Assembly (NCBI RefSeq): GCF_020745735.1
Contig: NC_083421.1
Coordinates: forward strand, 58,271,001-58,335,000
Source of the DNA: Hemiscyllium ocellatum
Lineage: Eukaryota
Direction: 5' to 3'
DNA length: 64,000 bases
The notes under the pieces: generated by a model
What the model was told of the DNA's origin: nothing
Databases searched by the model: none
Seen by the model: only the letters and a program-made list of their open reading frames with translations
Program-made: the position numbers and the translations under genes
Part shown: piece after piece, positions 13,454-27,500 of the stretch
Layout: the number at the start of each line of letters is the position of its first letter
How positions within the stretch are numbered: the stretch's first letter is position 1

Positions 13454-14229
13454 ACTGGTTCAGAGCTTTAGGAACTGAAGGAATGATTAACACTGAAAAA
13501 TAAAAAAGGGGGCCAGAATTGGAGAAACAGACAGAAGAATAAATATCAAAACAGGATGGGTAAAGAGAATAGAATTATTTGCTCAGGTAAAGGGTGAGAC
13601 ATAAAGACAACAAAGAAATCTGGTCTGATCATATGGTCCAATTCCAGGTTCTAATTCCCATAAATGTGGTGTAGATTTTAAAAGAGTGAGATTGTCGTGA
13701 AGTATAGCTTATGTTTTTAAAGTCCAATTTGAGAACAGATTCTAACACTTAATTTGGAACAGGCACCAATTACTTTGGGTTATGGTCTCAATTCTTGCTA
13801 CTCACCAAAAACAGATTTTGACAGACCATGTATTTTCTAATCAATCTGTTCAGAGATGTTATTATACACCTCTGGCACAGGTGGGACTTGAACCTTGAAT
13901 CCTTGCTCAGAGGCAGGGGCACTATCACTGCAAGAGCCCCTTTAGCATTACTGTTCAAAATAGAGAAAAATTGGAGACAGGCGTTTCTGAATCTAGTGTG
14001 AATTATTGCTATTTTCCATAACACAACTGATATCTAGAGCTCTCCAAAATGAACATGTATTCTTTTGCAGCAATACAATTGTTTCACTAAAGACAAATCA
14101 TTTATTAGGAAACCTCTTCAGGTAATGGGGAAACTCACTCTTGGCAGACACATCTGAATGCACCAAGCATTTTGCATTTTTGTTTTTGATATCCAGCATC
14201 TAAATATCTGTCTAGTATTTCTACTTTCT

Positions 14230-15470
14230 TCAACATAGGAAGAAAAGTAGGCCATTTAGCCCCTCAGGTCTGCCCTGTCATTTAGTCAAGTGATCTGTGC
14301 ACTAACTCCATTTCCTCCATGTTTCTCAGTATCTCTACTTAGTAGAAACCTATCAATCCCAGATTTAAAACGAACATTCAATCCAGCATCACTTCTGTTG
14401 GCAGAAGAGTAATCCTCACTACTACTGTCTATTACATATAGAAGGGTTTCGAATTGTACTCCTGAAAAAGTCCAGTTCCACATTTCGGGTTCTACTAACT
14501 TGCAATAGACTTCCCAAATAGCAAAACAAAATCTAACCTGCCTGTTATCTTCAGTATCTTGAAAACTTCGATCAAATTACTCCTAATGTTTTATGCTACA
14601 GGGACCACAACAGCATATTTGTGGGCGGCACAGTGGCACAGTGGTTAGCCTCATAGAGCCAGAGACCCGGGTTCAATTCCCGCCTCAGGCGACTGTGTGG
14701 AGTTTGCACGTTCTCCCCGTGTCTGTGTGGGTTTCCTCCGGGTGCTCCGGTTTCCTCCCACCATCCAAAAGATGTACGGGTCAGGTGAATTGGCCATGCT
14801 AAATTGCCCGTAGTGTTAGGTAAGGGGTAAATGTAGGGATATGGGTGGGTTGCGCTTCGGCGGGTCGGTGTGAACTTGTTGGGCCGAAGGGCCTGTTTTC
14901 ACACTGTAATGTAATGTAATCTAATCTAATCTAATTACGTAATCAATCCGCATAAATAAACTCCTGGTGTTCACGTACCATTCTGGTAAATCTATGCTGT
15001 ATTCCCTTGAGGCCTATGTAGCCTTCTAAAGCATGGTGCCCAAAGATGCTTTCACTAGTTCAAGTGTGACATAATCAGATCTTTACATAGCTGCAGCATG
15101 ATTTCGTCACCTGGCATATTTTAATCCTATAGTGATAAAAACTAGCATTCCATTAGCCATTTTGATTTTTGTTTGCATCTGCTCATCAAATTTCAATGAT
15201 GGGAGCCTCTTTGGACCTCCACAGCTTCTAGATATTCACAATTTTAGAAGTACTTTGTTCGATCCTTCCATTCCCTACGTCTAAAGTGGACAACTGCATA
15301 TTTCCCCATATTAACTTCAATTTGCTATAGTTTTGCTTATCTATTAACATACCTTTGTAATGTTATGCTTCCATCAACACCGCTTACAACACTTACCCAA
15401 CTTGGACAGGTGACTTTCCATTCCATTACCTAATTCATGAATAAAGAGTGAATAACTGAGGCCCAAAATG
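14230..15470 (-). mobile_element. Decayed CR1 LINE split by an HE1 SINE
   Basis: Antisense CR1 3' UTR at 14230-14400 and RT C-terminal homology to ~15470. Confidence 0.6.
14621..14935 (+). mobile_element. HE1-type SINE
   Basis: A box TGGCACAGTGG, B box GGTTCAATTCC, (CTAAT)n tail. Confidence 0.92.
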
Positions 15471-16689
15471 TGTGTACTTCACAAAAATGACATTGCAATC
15501 CAATGTATTACCAGCAAGGCCATTAACATTCCTTTAAAATACTTTTTACAAATACTTTGTACAGTGCATTGTTCTGGTCTTATTTGAATACTTACTCCTT
15601 TTTATTTTAAAACAGTATTGTCATAATAAACTACAAATTCAAACATTGCTGAACCAGAGCTATTGAAGAATCCAGGACATGGATTTTTATTCCCCACTGT
15701 CAAAATCAGTCAGGCTGGTTAAGCCACATTTACTTCCTTTGCTAATCATTCAACCATTTAGGCCCAAACAACTCAGGCATCTATAATACTGTTGCTGAAT
15801 TGCAGAAATCAGTCATCCACATTCCTGCAAACAGACAGCAATCAATGACTGGTTCACAAACTAAATACCCGCAGCAACTTTTAACTCCTGTGCTAACAGA
15901 GTGTCAACTTTGACAAAATTATTTTGCTAAATATATTGCCATGAGAATAGGACAGCAAACTAAAAACTTAATATTCTGTTAAGTTTGCTTCCCTATGGGA
16001 CTATTTTATATTGACCAAAGGATAATCCAAGCAGCACTGACATGGTTTTGAACATGATTCATTTTGATACCCTGTGGAAGTATACCAATAAAAAAAAGTG
16101 GGATTGTGACCACTGTCACGTAAACATAATTGATTCAACTTTACCTACTTGTTCAGCAGAACTAAACAAATAAATTTAGAAATGACACCTACAGCACATT
16201 CTTTTAAATTCGCTTAATAATTCAAACTATATATTAGCATAGATGAAATCCATTTTCATCTTGCACACAGTTCCTCTCACAAAAAGCAAATGGTGTTCCA
16301 TCATTTCCATTCAAGTAAAATTTTGAAGTTGGAAATCAGTTGAAGACATGAAATTAATCAAAAATATAACATAATTTTGATTCAAGTCTAAATTGGAAGC
16401 AGTAAGCTTGAATCTTAAGGAAATGCAAACATCATTAGAAAAATCCACACAAGACACCATAACCTATGAATAAGTGCTTTAGTAAAAATGACTTGCTGCT
16501 CGCTTATTTCAGCAGACAGTAACTAAAATGGCAAAGAAATTATTGCTGTCAATTCCACCATTCCTTCTACCCAATTTAATGCATTGAATGGAGTGCTGGG
16601 AGTGTTTTGAACCTCAAGCTTTCTCCAGCATTACTCTCAAATCTCCTCTCCTTTTTAAACTTGGGTGTACTGGACACTCTTACTCCTTC

Positions 16690-18240
16690 TAACCCAACAT
16701 TCTTTAAGTGAGAAATGGTTCTCAAATTGGAAGACTGATAAAGAAGGTAAAAGTGCAACAGATTCAAGGTAACACTACAAGTTGGATCCAAAGTTGGCTT
16801 AGTGGATCAGAGGCAGAGGTTGGAGGTAGAAGGTAGAAGGAGGTTTGTGTGACTGGAGGTCAGAGTCTAGTAATATACCACAAGGATCAGTGTTAGGTCC
16901 CTTATGCAAATAAAAGAAAACATGCTGGTGAAGGTGGGGTGGAGTGGGATGGGATGGAGAGACATAAAGTTGCAAATGACAAAGACTGGCTTATTGTGAG
17001 ACTTAAAGTTACAGACGAATATACACAGGTTGGACAGATCAGTGGCAGATGGAATTTAACCCTGATAAATATGAGGTGCTGAAATTCAGAAGATGCAGCA
17101 AGACAAGGGAGTACTCAATGAATGGCAGGACACTGCAATGCTCAGTGGAAGTGATACCTTCGGGTGCTTGTCCCTGAATGTGCCACGATAATTTGATAGG
17201 TTATTTAAGGCGGCATATAGGACATTTGCCTTTATCAGTTGCAGCACAGATGATTTGATTTGATTTGATTTCATTTCTTGTTGTCACTTGTACCTAGGTA
17301 CAGTGAAAAGTTTTGTTTCACAAGCAGCACAGGCAGATCATAGCAAATAAGATCATACAGATCAAAGGGTGCTTAGACAGTGAGACATACAAGGTTACGG
17401 CTGCTCAGGAGGTGCACAAAGCAAGATAAACATTAGCAAGATCAACATTATTTGAAATAAGACAGGTTCATTCAGCAGTCTAATAACAGCAGTGAAGGTG
17501 GTGTTCTTGAACCTTTGTTGGTATGTGTCCAAGCTTCTGTACCTTATGCCTGATGGAAGAGAGATTACAAAGGTGGGAGGGGTTTTTTATGATGTTGGCA
17601 GTCTTTCCGCAGCAACAAGCAGTGGAGTCTGTGAATGGAAAGTTGATTTCTGAGATGGTCTGGGCAATGCACACAACTTTCTGTAGTTTCTTGCGGTCTT
17701 GGCCAGAGTAGTTACCATACCAATTCTTTCAAAGGTGCATCTATAAAAGTTGGTGAATTTGCTAAGCCACCTGAGGAACAGGAGGCATTGTTGTGCCTTC
17801 GACAGTTGCATCTGCGTGGGAGATCCAGGCCAGATTGTTGGTTATCGTCACTCCTAGGAAATTGAAGCTCTCCACCATCTCCACCTCAGCCATATTGATG
17901 TAGATGGGGGAGTGTCCTCCTCCCTTCTTCCTGAAGTCAATGATCAGCTCTTTTGTTTTGCTGACATTGAGAGATTGTTATCATTCACAAAATCAAGCAC
18001 TCAAGGATTATCGTGGAGGAGGTGCTGTTGTCCATCTTCATTGATTAAAGTCGGACAGTCAGGAAGCTAAAAGGTCACAGATGTTAGTTTGGAGCTATAC
18101 AGGACTTTGGTTAGACCACAGTTCTGGGAGTACTGTATGTAGTTCTGGTCACTGCACTATAAGAAGGGTGCGATTATACTGGAGGGTGCAATGGAGATTT
18201 GTGAGAATGTTGCCTGGGTTGGAGCAGTTTAGCTATGAAG
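16690..18240 (+). mobile_element. Decayed CR1 LINE split by a Rex/Babar insertion
   Basis: PQGSVLGP and WQMEFNPDK codons (16878-17070); CR1 resumes at ~18070. Confidence 0.7.
17253..18068 (-). mobile_element. Rex1/Babar-type LINE 3' fragment
   Basis: KAQQCLLFLRWLSKF..NFYRCTFE (cf. KAQQRLYFLRRL..NFYRCTIES); (AAATC)n-type 3' tail at 17253-17275. Confidence 0.75.
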
Positions 18241-21200
18241 ACCATGAACGAACCAAGAATACTTTGCAGTGTTTTGGAATACAGAACAAAATAATAAAAT
18301 TAGACAACTGGAAAGAAAGACAAAATTTTAAATGAATGAAACAGGCAATTATCAAAATAAACATTTAATCTCAAATAGGCACAATTTCATGCAGCAAGGC
18401 GACTTTTTAATTCATGGAATGTAGGCATCTCTGGCTGATCCAACATTTATAGGCCAACCCAGTTACGTTTGAGGTGATAGTGATGAGCTGTCCTCTTGAA
18501 TCACTGCAGTCCATTTTTTTGTAGGTGCTTCTGCAATGCTATGAGAGAGTAAATTCAGGATGTTGACCACTGAAGGAATGGTGATGTATTTCCAAGTCAG
18601 GTTGGTGAACAGCTTGGAGGGGAACTTGCAAGTGGCAGTGTTCCTGTACGTCTACTACTCTTGCCTTTCTAAATGGTAGTGGTCATGGGTTTGGAATGTG
18701 CAATTTAAGCAAGAAAGTTACTGGTGGCTGATTAAGAAAGGGAAAACAATCTCAATATATTGTGAATCAGGATTTGGAGATGAAACCATTATTGAACAGA
18801 GGTAAATAGTTTTACTCATGTTAATAGAATGAAAAAGCTAATAATTGAGCGAAGACAGGTAATGGAACTTCAGCACTGATCCCAGGACTATTCTCGTGCT
18901 CACAGCAGTATGTGCTCAAAGTATCTCATTCACTGCAAGCCTATTCAAGGAAGTCTCCAGTCAACCAGAGTGCTGAACCAAACAGCCAATTGTGACATGA
19001 ACAATCAGAGCTACAAAAAGCTATCCCACTGACAAATCCTTTAGGGAACCAGTGAGTCTCAGCTGAACAGCAACTCGAAGGGCGGGAGCTTGCACCAGGG
19101 GCCTGCCGGAAGTGGTGAGTCACTGATTTGTGCTTTTAAATTTGAAGTCAGAGCAGGGGTTTCTGGGAATGGAGGGACTTCTTATTTTTATTTCCGTCCT
19201 GCTATATAAGTCAGTGTTTTCTCAACCCGAGACCCTACCTTTGTCAGGCCTCCCACCCAACCACCTCCTCTAACCTTAGGATGGGGGACATATCAGGTAA
19301 GCTTCTCGGTTTTACTTTGCGACTAGGGGACTAGCAGGGGTGGCAGTGGCAGGGGGAGCAAATTTCCTCCTGCATGATCTTTGAGGTCAGGGACGCCAGT
19401 AGTGTCCCATCCACGTACATCTGCAGGAAGTGCACCTAAGTCTCACTCAACCAAGACTGTGTTAGGGAACTGGAGTGGGAGATGGATGAACTTCAGATCA
19501 TTCGGGAGGCAGAGGCTGTGATAAATAGGAGTTACAGGGATGTAGTTATTCCTCGGCAAGAAGAAAGCCGGATGACTGTTCAAAAGGGGGATAAAAAAAT
19601 TCAGTGGAGGGATCCCCTGTGGTCGTTCCTCTGAAAAACATGTACACCATTTTGGATACTATTAAGGGGACAACTTACCAGGGGCAAGCAGTGGGGCCCA
19701 GGTCTCTGGCACTCGGCCTGTCCCTGTTGCACAGGAGGGAAGGAGGGAAAGGAAGAGAGTGTTAGTCATTGGGGATTCAATAGTTAGAGGCTCAGATAGA
19801 AGGTTTGTAGGGAACAAACGAGACTCGCGGTTGGTGTGTTGCCTCCCAGGTGCCAGGATCCGTGATGTCCCGGATCGTATCTTTGGGGTCCTGAAGGGAA
19901 AGGGTGACCAGCCTCAAATCGTTGTCCATGTAAGTACCAACGGCATAGATCGAAAGACGGATAGGGATGTAAAGCAGGATTTCAGGGTGCTAGGATGGAA
20001 GCTGAGAGCTAGAACAAACGGAGCTGCTATCTTTGGTTTGTTACGCATGCCACGTGATAGCGAGGCAACGAATAGGGGCAGAGATCAGCTGAACACATGG
20101 CAGCAAGGATGGTTCAGGAGGGAGGGTTTCAGATACTTGGGTAACCGGGGCTCAACTGGGGAAGGTGGGACTTGTACAAACAGGTCGGTCTTCACTTGAA
20201 CCAGTGGGGTACTAATATCCTGGGTGGGAAATTTGCTGGTGCTATTTGGGTGGGTTTAAATTAGCTCAGCAGGGGGATGGGAACAGAGGTGTAGCTGCAG
20301 TGTACAGGAGGATAAGAGTAGGAAAGACAGGGACAGGATTTCAGGGTCACGGAAATGTGCTGAAGTGATTTGACGCCAGAAGTATCTAAAATAAGGAAGG
20401 TGAACTTGCAGCATGGATAGGTACCTGGGACTTCGATGTTGTGGCTATTTCGGAGACATGGATAGAGTAGGGTGAGGAATAGATGTTGCAGGTTCCAGGG
20501 TTTAGATATTTCATGAAAATCAGGCGAGGCGTTAAAGAGGGGGAGGTGTGGCCTTGTTAGGATAACGGTGGCTGAGAGAACTTTTGATGAGGACTTGTCC
20601 ACTGAGGTTAGAAACAGGAGAGGTCACACTTTTTGGAGTTTTTTTTATAGGCCTCCGCAAAGTCCAAGGAGGTGGAAGAGAGGATTAGCAACATTATTCT
20701 GGGTAGAAGCGAAAGGAACAGGGTGGTCATTATGGGGGACTTTAACTTCCCCAACATTGATTGAAAATGTTATAGCTCTAGTACGTCAGATGGATCAGTT
20801 TTTGTCCAATGTGTACAGGAGGGTTTCCTGACACAGTATGTTGAAGGGCAGACAAGAGGGGAGGCCACACTGGATCTGATGCTTGGAAATGATTTGCCAG
20901 GTGTTTGATTTAGTTGTAGGTGAGCACTTTGGAGAGAGTGACCATAATTCAGTTACGTCTAGTTTAGCGCTGGAAAAGGATAGGTACATACCACAGGTCA
21001 AGAGTTATCGATGTGGCAAGGGCAATTATAATGCGATTAGGCAAGAATTAGGATGCATAGAATGGGGTAGCAATATGCAGGGGATGCAGACAATCGAAAT
21101 GTGGAGCTGATTTAAGGAACAGATATTGCGTGTCTTGATAGGTATGTCCCTGTCAGGCAGGGAGGAAGTGATAAGGTAAGGGAACCGTGGTTTTCCACAG

Positions 21201-21249
21201 AAATTGCATCTCCTGTTAAGAAGAAGGAGGAGGCTGATGTGTTGATGAG

Positions 21250-21340
21250 CTGAAAATGTGTTGCTGGAAAAGCGCAGCAGGTCAGGCAGCATCCAAGGAA
21301 CAGGAAATTCGACGTTTCGGGCATAAGCCCTTCATCAGGA
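21250..21340 (-). mobile_element. Family-A single-arm element inserted in CR1 ORF2
   Basis: 13-bp TSD ATGTGTTGATGAG at 21237-21249 and 21341-21353; 91-bp insert with an intact hammerhead. Confidence 0.92.
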
Positions 21341-21342
21341 AT
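21307..21342 (-). ncRNA. Minimal type-I hammerhead ribozyme (intact core) in family-A element
   Basis: Minus strand reads ATTC-CTGATGA-A-GGGC-TTAT-GCCC-GAAACGTC-GAAT: stem I ATTC/GAAT, core CUGAUGA, extra A, 4-bp stem II, GAAA, palindromic ACGU in place of stem III, GUC cleavage triplet. Confidence 0.85.
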
Positions 21343-23861
21343 GTGTTGATGAGGCAAAATGGGTCAGATAAGGCGATGGAGAGTTACAGATTAGCCAGGA
21401 AGGATTTAAAGAGAGAGTTAAGAAGAGCAAAGAGAGGACATGAGCAGTCTTTAGCAAATAGAATAAAGGAGAACGCTGAAGCTTTCTGTAGGTATGTGAG
21501 GAATAAAAGGATGATGAGGGTAGGAATAGGGCAGGTCAAAGACAAAAGTGGGAAGTTGAGTATGGACCCTGAAGAGATCGAAGAGGTGCTAAATGAACAT
21601 TTCTCATCGATGTTCACTCAGGAAAAGGAGGGTATTGTAGAGCAGAAGAATGAGGTACGAGATATTAGTCTAGAAAGGATCAAAGTTAGTTACGCACAGG
21701 TGTTATCAATTCTAAAAGGAGCGAAAGTAAACAAGTCCCCTGGGCCGGATGGGATTTATCCGAGAATTCTCTGGGAAGCGAGGGAGGAGATAGCAGAGTC
21801 TTTGGCTTTGATATTTGAGTCATCATTGTCTCCAGGTTTAGTACCAGAGGACTGGAGGATTGCAAATGTTGTGCCCTTGTTCAAGAAGGGCAGCAGAGAT
21901 GACCCGGGTAATTATATTCAGGTGAGCCTTACTTCTGTTATAGGAAAGGTTTTGGAAAGGATTATGAGAGATAAGATTTATAATCATCTAGCAAGCAACG
22001 ATCTGATTTCAGATAGTCAACATGGTTTCGTCAAGGGCAGGTCATGTCTCACAAACCTCATTAAATTTTTTGAGACATGACCAAACATGTAGATGAGGGT
22101 AGGGCAGTTGACGTGGTATACATGGACTTCAGTAAAGCCTTTGATAAGGTTCCACATAGTAGGCTGATGGAGAAAATGCAGAGGCATGGAATTGAGGGTG
22201 ATTTAGCAGTTTGGATTAGAAACTGGCTTTCTGGAAGAAGGTAGCAAGTGGTGGTTGATGGAAAATATTCAGCCTGGAGTCCAGTTACTAGTGGTGTGCC
22301 ACAAGGATGTTTTGGGACCACTGCTGTTTGTCATTTTTATAAATGACTTAGACGCAGGCATAGGTCGATGGATTAGTACATTTGCAGACGACACTAAAGT
22401 TGATGGAGTAGTGGACAGTTTGGAAGAATGCTGCAGGGGGACTTGGATAAACTGCATCATTGGGCTGAGAGGTGGCAAATGGAGTTCAATGCAGGTGAAT
22501 GTGAGGTGATGCGCTTTGGGAAGAATAACAGAATGGCAGAGTACTTGGTGAATGGAAAGATCCTTGGTAGTGTGGATGTGCAGAGGGATCTTGAAGTCCA
22601 TCTGCATAGATCCCTGAAAGTTGTCACCCAGGTGGATAGTGCTGTGAAGATTGCATACAGTGTGTTAGGCTTCATTGGTAGAGGGATTGAGTTCCAGAGC
22701 CACAATATCATGCTCCAACTATACAAAACGCTGGTGCAGCCACACTTGGAATATTATGTACAGTTCTGGTCGCCCCACTAGAGAAAGGATGTGGAAGCAT
22801 TGGAAAAGGTGCAGAGGAGATTTACCAGGTTGCTGCCTGGTCTGGAGGGAAGGTTTTACGAGGAAAGGCTGAGAGATTTGGGTCTGTTCTCATTGGAAAG
22901 AAGGCGGCTAATGGGAGATTTGATAGAGACATACAAGATGATCAGAGGATTAGATAGGGTAGACAGTGAATGTCTTTTTCCTAGGATGATGACGTCAGCT
23001 TGTACGAGAGGGCACAACTACAGCTTGAGGGGTGATAGATTTAAGACAGATGCCAGAGGCAAGTTCTTTACGCAGAGTGTGGTAAGGGCGTGGAATGCCC
23101 TACCTGCTAAGGTAGTCAACTCAGCCACATATGGGAGATTTAAGCAATCCTTGGATAAGCACATGGATGATTTTGGGATAGTGTAGGGGGACGAGCTGAG
23201 AATAGTTCACAGGTCGGTGCAACATCGAGGGCCGAAGAGCCTGTTCTGCGCTGTATTTTCTATGTTCTAACAGTCATCACTGTTGTCTCAGACTCACAAA
23301 CCCTACTAATTAATTTGTGACCTATAGGTTGGTACCTCTAATTTGTAACCATTGCTGCAAAGCTTTTGTTGAAAGAGAAGGTTACGGTGAGGCAATCAAT
23401 TCTGAATTGAATAAAAGTGAAGCATGAGAGAAGTAATTTAAGCTGAAAAAGGATGAAGTGCTGAGATTTGATTGGATGCATCTAAAAATCCTGAGAAATA
23501 TGGTGAAATAAATAGCGATGAAACTAGAGTTCACAATTTCAAGGTTTTATTAAGCAAGCACCATAGCACTGGAAGTAATCAATTTAACACCCATTTTTAA
23601 AAAGGAAGACAGATCGCACCCAGTTAATTATAAGGTTGTTAGCATTTAAAGTAGAAACACTTTTGAATTCTTAATTAAAGATAAAAGTATTAAATATCTA
23701 ACAATGTGTTAATAATCAAAAGCTACTTACAGATTTCAAAATAGAATATCACTTTATAAATATGATACTGCTCTTTAAAGGTGGTGACAGATATGGTGAA
23801 TGGAGCAAGGCAGTGAATGTGGTCTGTATGACTAGAGGATATTTTGAAGAGGATTAAGTAA

Positions 23862-23912
23862 AAATTATAAGAGTAGTGAAATTATAAGAGTAGGGAAATT
23901 ATAAGAGCAGGA
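23862..23912. repeat. 17-bp minisatellite x3
   Basis: AAATTATAAGAGTAGTG / AAATTATAAGAGTAGGG / AAATTATAAGAGCAGGA. Confidence 0.9.
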
Positions 23913-24559
23913 AACTTGATTAAAAATTGGTCAATTGAGAAGAAACATTGTGCTAAAAGGCCAGTTTATTAAAATTGCAGCCAATGGATATTGGATATCT
24001 ACAGGATTCTGTTCTGGTACTGATCCTGCTCATTGTGTACATATGTGATTTGTATTTAGGGCTAATGGGTGTAGTACCAAGTTTGCAAACAGTCACAAAA
24101 GCTAAAGTAAATAATGCAGAGGCCCAATGGACACAACAAAGGAAAGCTGATAAAATGGTGGAATGCACAAAATGTAGCAGGACAACTCCAAACACAGTCC
24201 TGTCAACCCTTCAAAGTCCTCCTCCTTCTGGAGCCAAGTACCAAAATTGGGAGAGCTCACAGGTTGGTCAAACAAATGCCTGGCTATCATTTTCACGGAA
24301 TTGAACCTTACAAGCAAGGTCTCAGACACCACAATCATGATCCCTGCAAATGTCTTGTCCCACCTGCAGGATAGATGTGGGAAGTAGTACGTGGGAAGGA
24401 AGATGATGTCCTGAAAATCCTCAAATTGAGTCTGGACCCCATGAAACATCACATAATAAGATCAAAACAAAAGGTAAAGAAATCTCCTTCTAATTACTAT
24501 ATACTGCCACTTTGAGCTGTTACTGTTGCATATGTAACACCAGTTGGAAGAAGAATTGA

Positions 24560-27500
24560 AGGTGGCAAGTGCACAGAATACACTCTCGGTGGACAACTTT
24601 AAATGTTCATCACAGAGTGGCTCAGCAGTACCACCACAGACTGAGCTGGGTGAGTCCAAATGGATGTAGCTGCTAGTCTGGGTCTGCAGCAAATGGTCAG
24701 GCATCCATTAAGGGAAAACATACCCATCTTCAACTGCCACAGATGTATCTGACAATTATTGCATTGGTAGGAGTGACTACTGCACCATCCTTGTGGAGAC
24801 TAAGCCCCATCATCACATTTAGGATAGCCTCAATTGTGTTGTGTGGCACTACTACCCTGCAAAATGGGATAAACTTCAAACAGATCTAACAGATCATAAC
24901 TGGGCATCAATGAAGTGATCTGGGCCAGCAGCAACTGTCCTCCCAAGATAATCTGGAGCCTCATGGCCAGCAGAATGCAACTCCACCATTACCATTAAGC
25001 CATGAGATCAATACTGATTTAGTGGAGAATGCAGAAAACAAAAAATAAAGAAAAGAATACAGCCCAGTAACAGGCCCTTTCGGCCCTCCAAGCCTGAGCC
25101 GATCCAAATCCACTGCCTAAATCTAACCCCCAATTCCTAAGCATCTGTATCCCTCTGCTCCCCATCTCCTCATACATCTATCCAGACGCATCTTAAATGA
25201 ATCTATCGTGCCTGCCTCTACCATCTCTGCTGGAAACGCGTTCCAGGCACCTACCACCCTCTGTGTAAAATACTTGCCACATATATATCCCTTAAACCTT
25301 TCATCTCTCACCTTGAAAGCTTGACCTCTCGTTATTGAATCCTTCACCCTGGGAAAAAGCTCATCTCTATGCACCCTGTCTATACCCTTCATGATTTTGT
25401 AGACCTCAATCAGGTGCCCCCCCCATCTCCTTTTTTCTAATGAAAACAATCCTAACCTACTCAACCTCTTTATAGCTAGCACCTTCCATACCAGGCAACA
25501 TCCTCGTAAACCTTCTCTGCACCCTCTCCAAAGCGTCCACATCCTTTTGGTAATGCAGTGACCAGAACTGTACACAGTATTCTAAATGCGGCTGAACAAA
25601 TGTCTTGTACAATTTAACATGACCGTCCAGGTCTTATACTCAATACCCCGTCCGATGAATTCAAGCTTACCATATGCCTTCTTGACCACTCTATCCACCT
25701 GTGCAGCAACCTTCAGGGTACAATGGACTTGAACCCCCAAATCTCTCTGCTCGTCAACTTTTCCCAAGGCTCCATTTACTGTATAATTTGCTCTAGAATT
25801 AGACTTCACAAAATGCATCACCTCACATTTGCCTGGATTGAACTCCAACTGCCACTCCTCTGTCCAGTTCTCCAGTCTATCTATATTCTCCTATATTCTT
25901 TGACAGTCCCCTATGCTTTCTGCTACTCCACCAATCTTAGTGTCATCTGCAAACTCGCTGATCATACAAACAATGTCCTCTTCCAGATCATTTATGTATA
26001 TCACAAACAACAGTGGCCTCAGCACTGAGCCCTGTGGTACACCACTGGTCACCATTCTCCATTTCAAAAAACTCCCTTCAACTACTACTCTCTGTCTGCT
26101 GTTACTCAACCAGTTCTTTATCCACCTAACTAGAACACGCTGCACACCATGTGACTTCACTTTCTCCATTAGTTTACCACGGGGAACCTTATCAAATACC
26201 TTACTAAAGTTCATGCATATGACATCTACAGCCCTTCCTTCATCTATCAACTTGGTCACTTCCTCAAAGAGCTCTATTAAGTTGGTAAGGCACAATCTCC
26301 CCTGCACAAAACCATGTTGCCTATCACTGATAATCCCATTCTTTTCCAAATATAAATACATTTTATCCCTCAGTACTTTCTCCAGAAATGTTCCCACCAC
26401 TGATGTCAGGCTCACTGGTCTGTAGTTACCCAGAATATCTACTACCCTTCTTGTACAGGAGGACAACACGAGCAACTCTCCAGTCCTCTGGCACCTCACC
26501 TATGTTTAAGGATGCTACAAAGATATCGGTCAGGGCCACAGCTATTTCCTCTCTCGTCTCCCTCAGCAACCTGTCCAATCCTGGGGATTTGTCCACCTTA
26601 ACAACCTCTAGCCTAGCCAACACATCTTCCCTACTTATGTCAACATGATCCAGTCTAATCTCAACATTCATCATGTCCCTCTCCTGATGCAAAGTAATCA
26701 TTCAGAATCTCACCCATTCTCTCAGGTTCAACACACAGCCTTCCTTCCTTATTCTTTAGTGGACCAATCCTTTCTCTAGTTACCTGCTTGCTTCTTATAT
26801 AAAAATAAAAGGCTTTGGGATTCTCCTTAATCCTGTTCACTAAAGGATACTAAGAGCAGCACTCCGTTTACAAGGCATGAACCTGAAGCTACAATGTGTC
26901 ACATCAGTCATGAATGGTGAACACCTACACACATCAATGTGGGATACAGCTCCACAAATATCCCCATTCCCATTGATGGGGGAGCACAGCACATCACTGC
27001 AAAATAGAAGACTGAAGTTTTTTTTTAATAAGCTTCAGGCAGAAGTGTGGAATGGGTGATCCTTCTTAGCCTCCTTTGGAGATCCCCAGCTTCAAGGATG
27101 CCAGTCCACAACCAGTTAATGCAATGCACACAATATCAAGGAAAAGCTGAAGGTACTGGAACATGCAAAAGGCTATTGATTCTGACAACATCCCAGCAAA
27201 CATACTGAAGACTTGCAGGGTTCACTATACCCCAAAATAAGCTGTTCCAGTCCAGATACATCTACCCAGCAATGTGGAAATTTGCCTAGGAATGTCCTGT
27301 ACACAAAAAGTAGGAGAAATCTAATCTGGTCAACTACCATCCAATCCATCAACTCTTCATCATCAATTAAGTGATGAAGGGGTCATCATGCAAGAGTTGC
27401 TTAGCAATGATCAGAACACTGCTGCTGAGTAGGGTTCTGTCAGGACCACTCAATACCTGACTTCATTTGTCTTGTTTGAAATATGGACAAGAGAGTTGAA

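Larger units (their letters stand above)
19071..23268 (+). mobile_element. Near full-length decayed CR1 LINE (ORF1 with Zn-finger and SGNH esterase; ORF2 APE endonuclease plus RT)
   Basis: ORF1 VIGDSIVRG esterase motif (19759). ORF2 pieces FYRPP, KSPGPDGIYPRIL, DWRIANVVPLFKKG, QHGFVKGRSCLTNL, FADDTK, RGHNYSL. 3' tail ...TTCTATGTTCTA; candidate TSD AACAG (19066-19070 / 23269-23273). Multiple frameshifts and stops. Confidence 0.92.

Noticed and set aside
13104-14935. tRNA genes suggested by A/B boxes
   Set aside because: The boxes belong to tRNA-derived HE1 SINE heads followed by SINE body and tail.
17245-18083. CACAGATG as an 8-bp TSD of the Rex/Babar insertion
   Set aside because: The right-hand copy may simply be decayed host CR1 sequence, so it was not used as evidence.
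21256-22080. 274-aa ORF as an intact gene or fusion
   Set aside because: Chance in-frame join of the family-A insert with a fragment of dead CR1 ORF2.
23862-23912. CRISPR-like repeat
   Set aside because: Contiguous 17-bp tandem units without spacers, in a eukaryotic genome.
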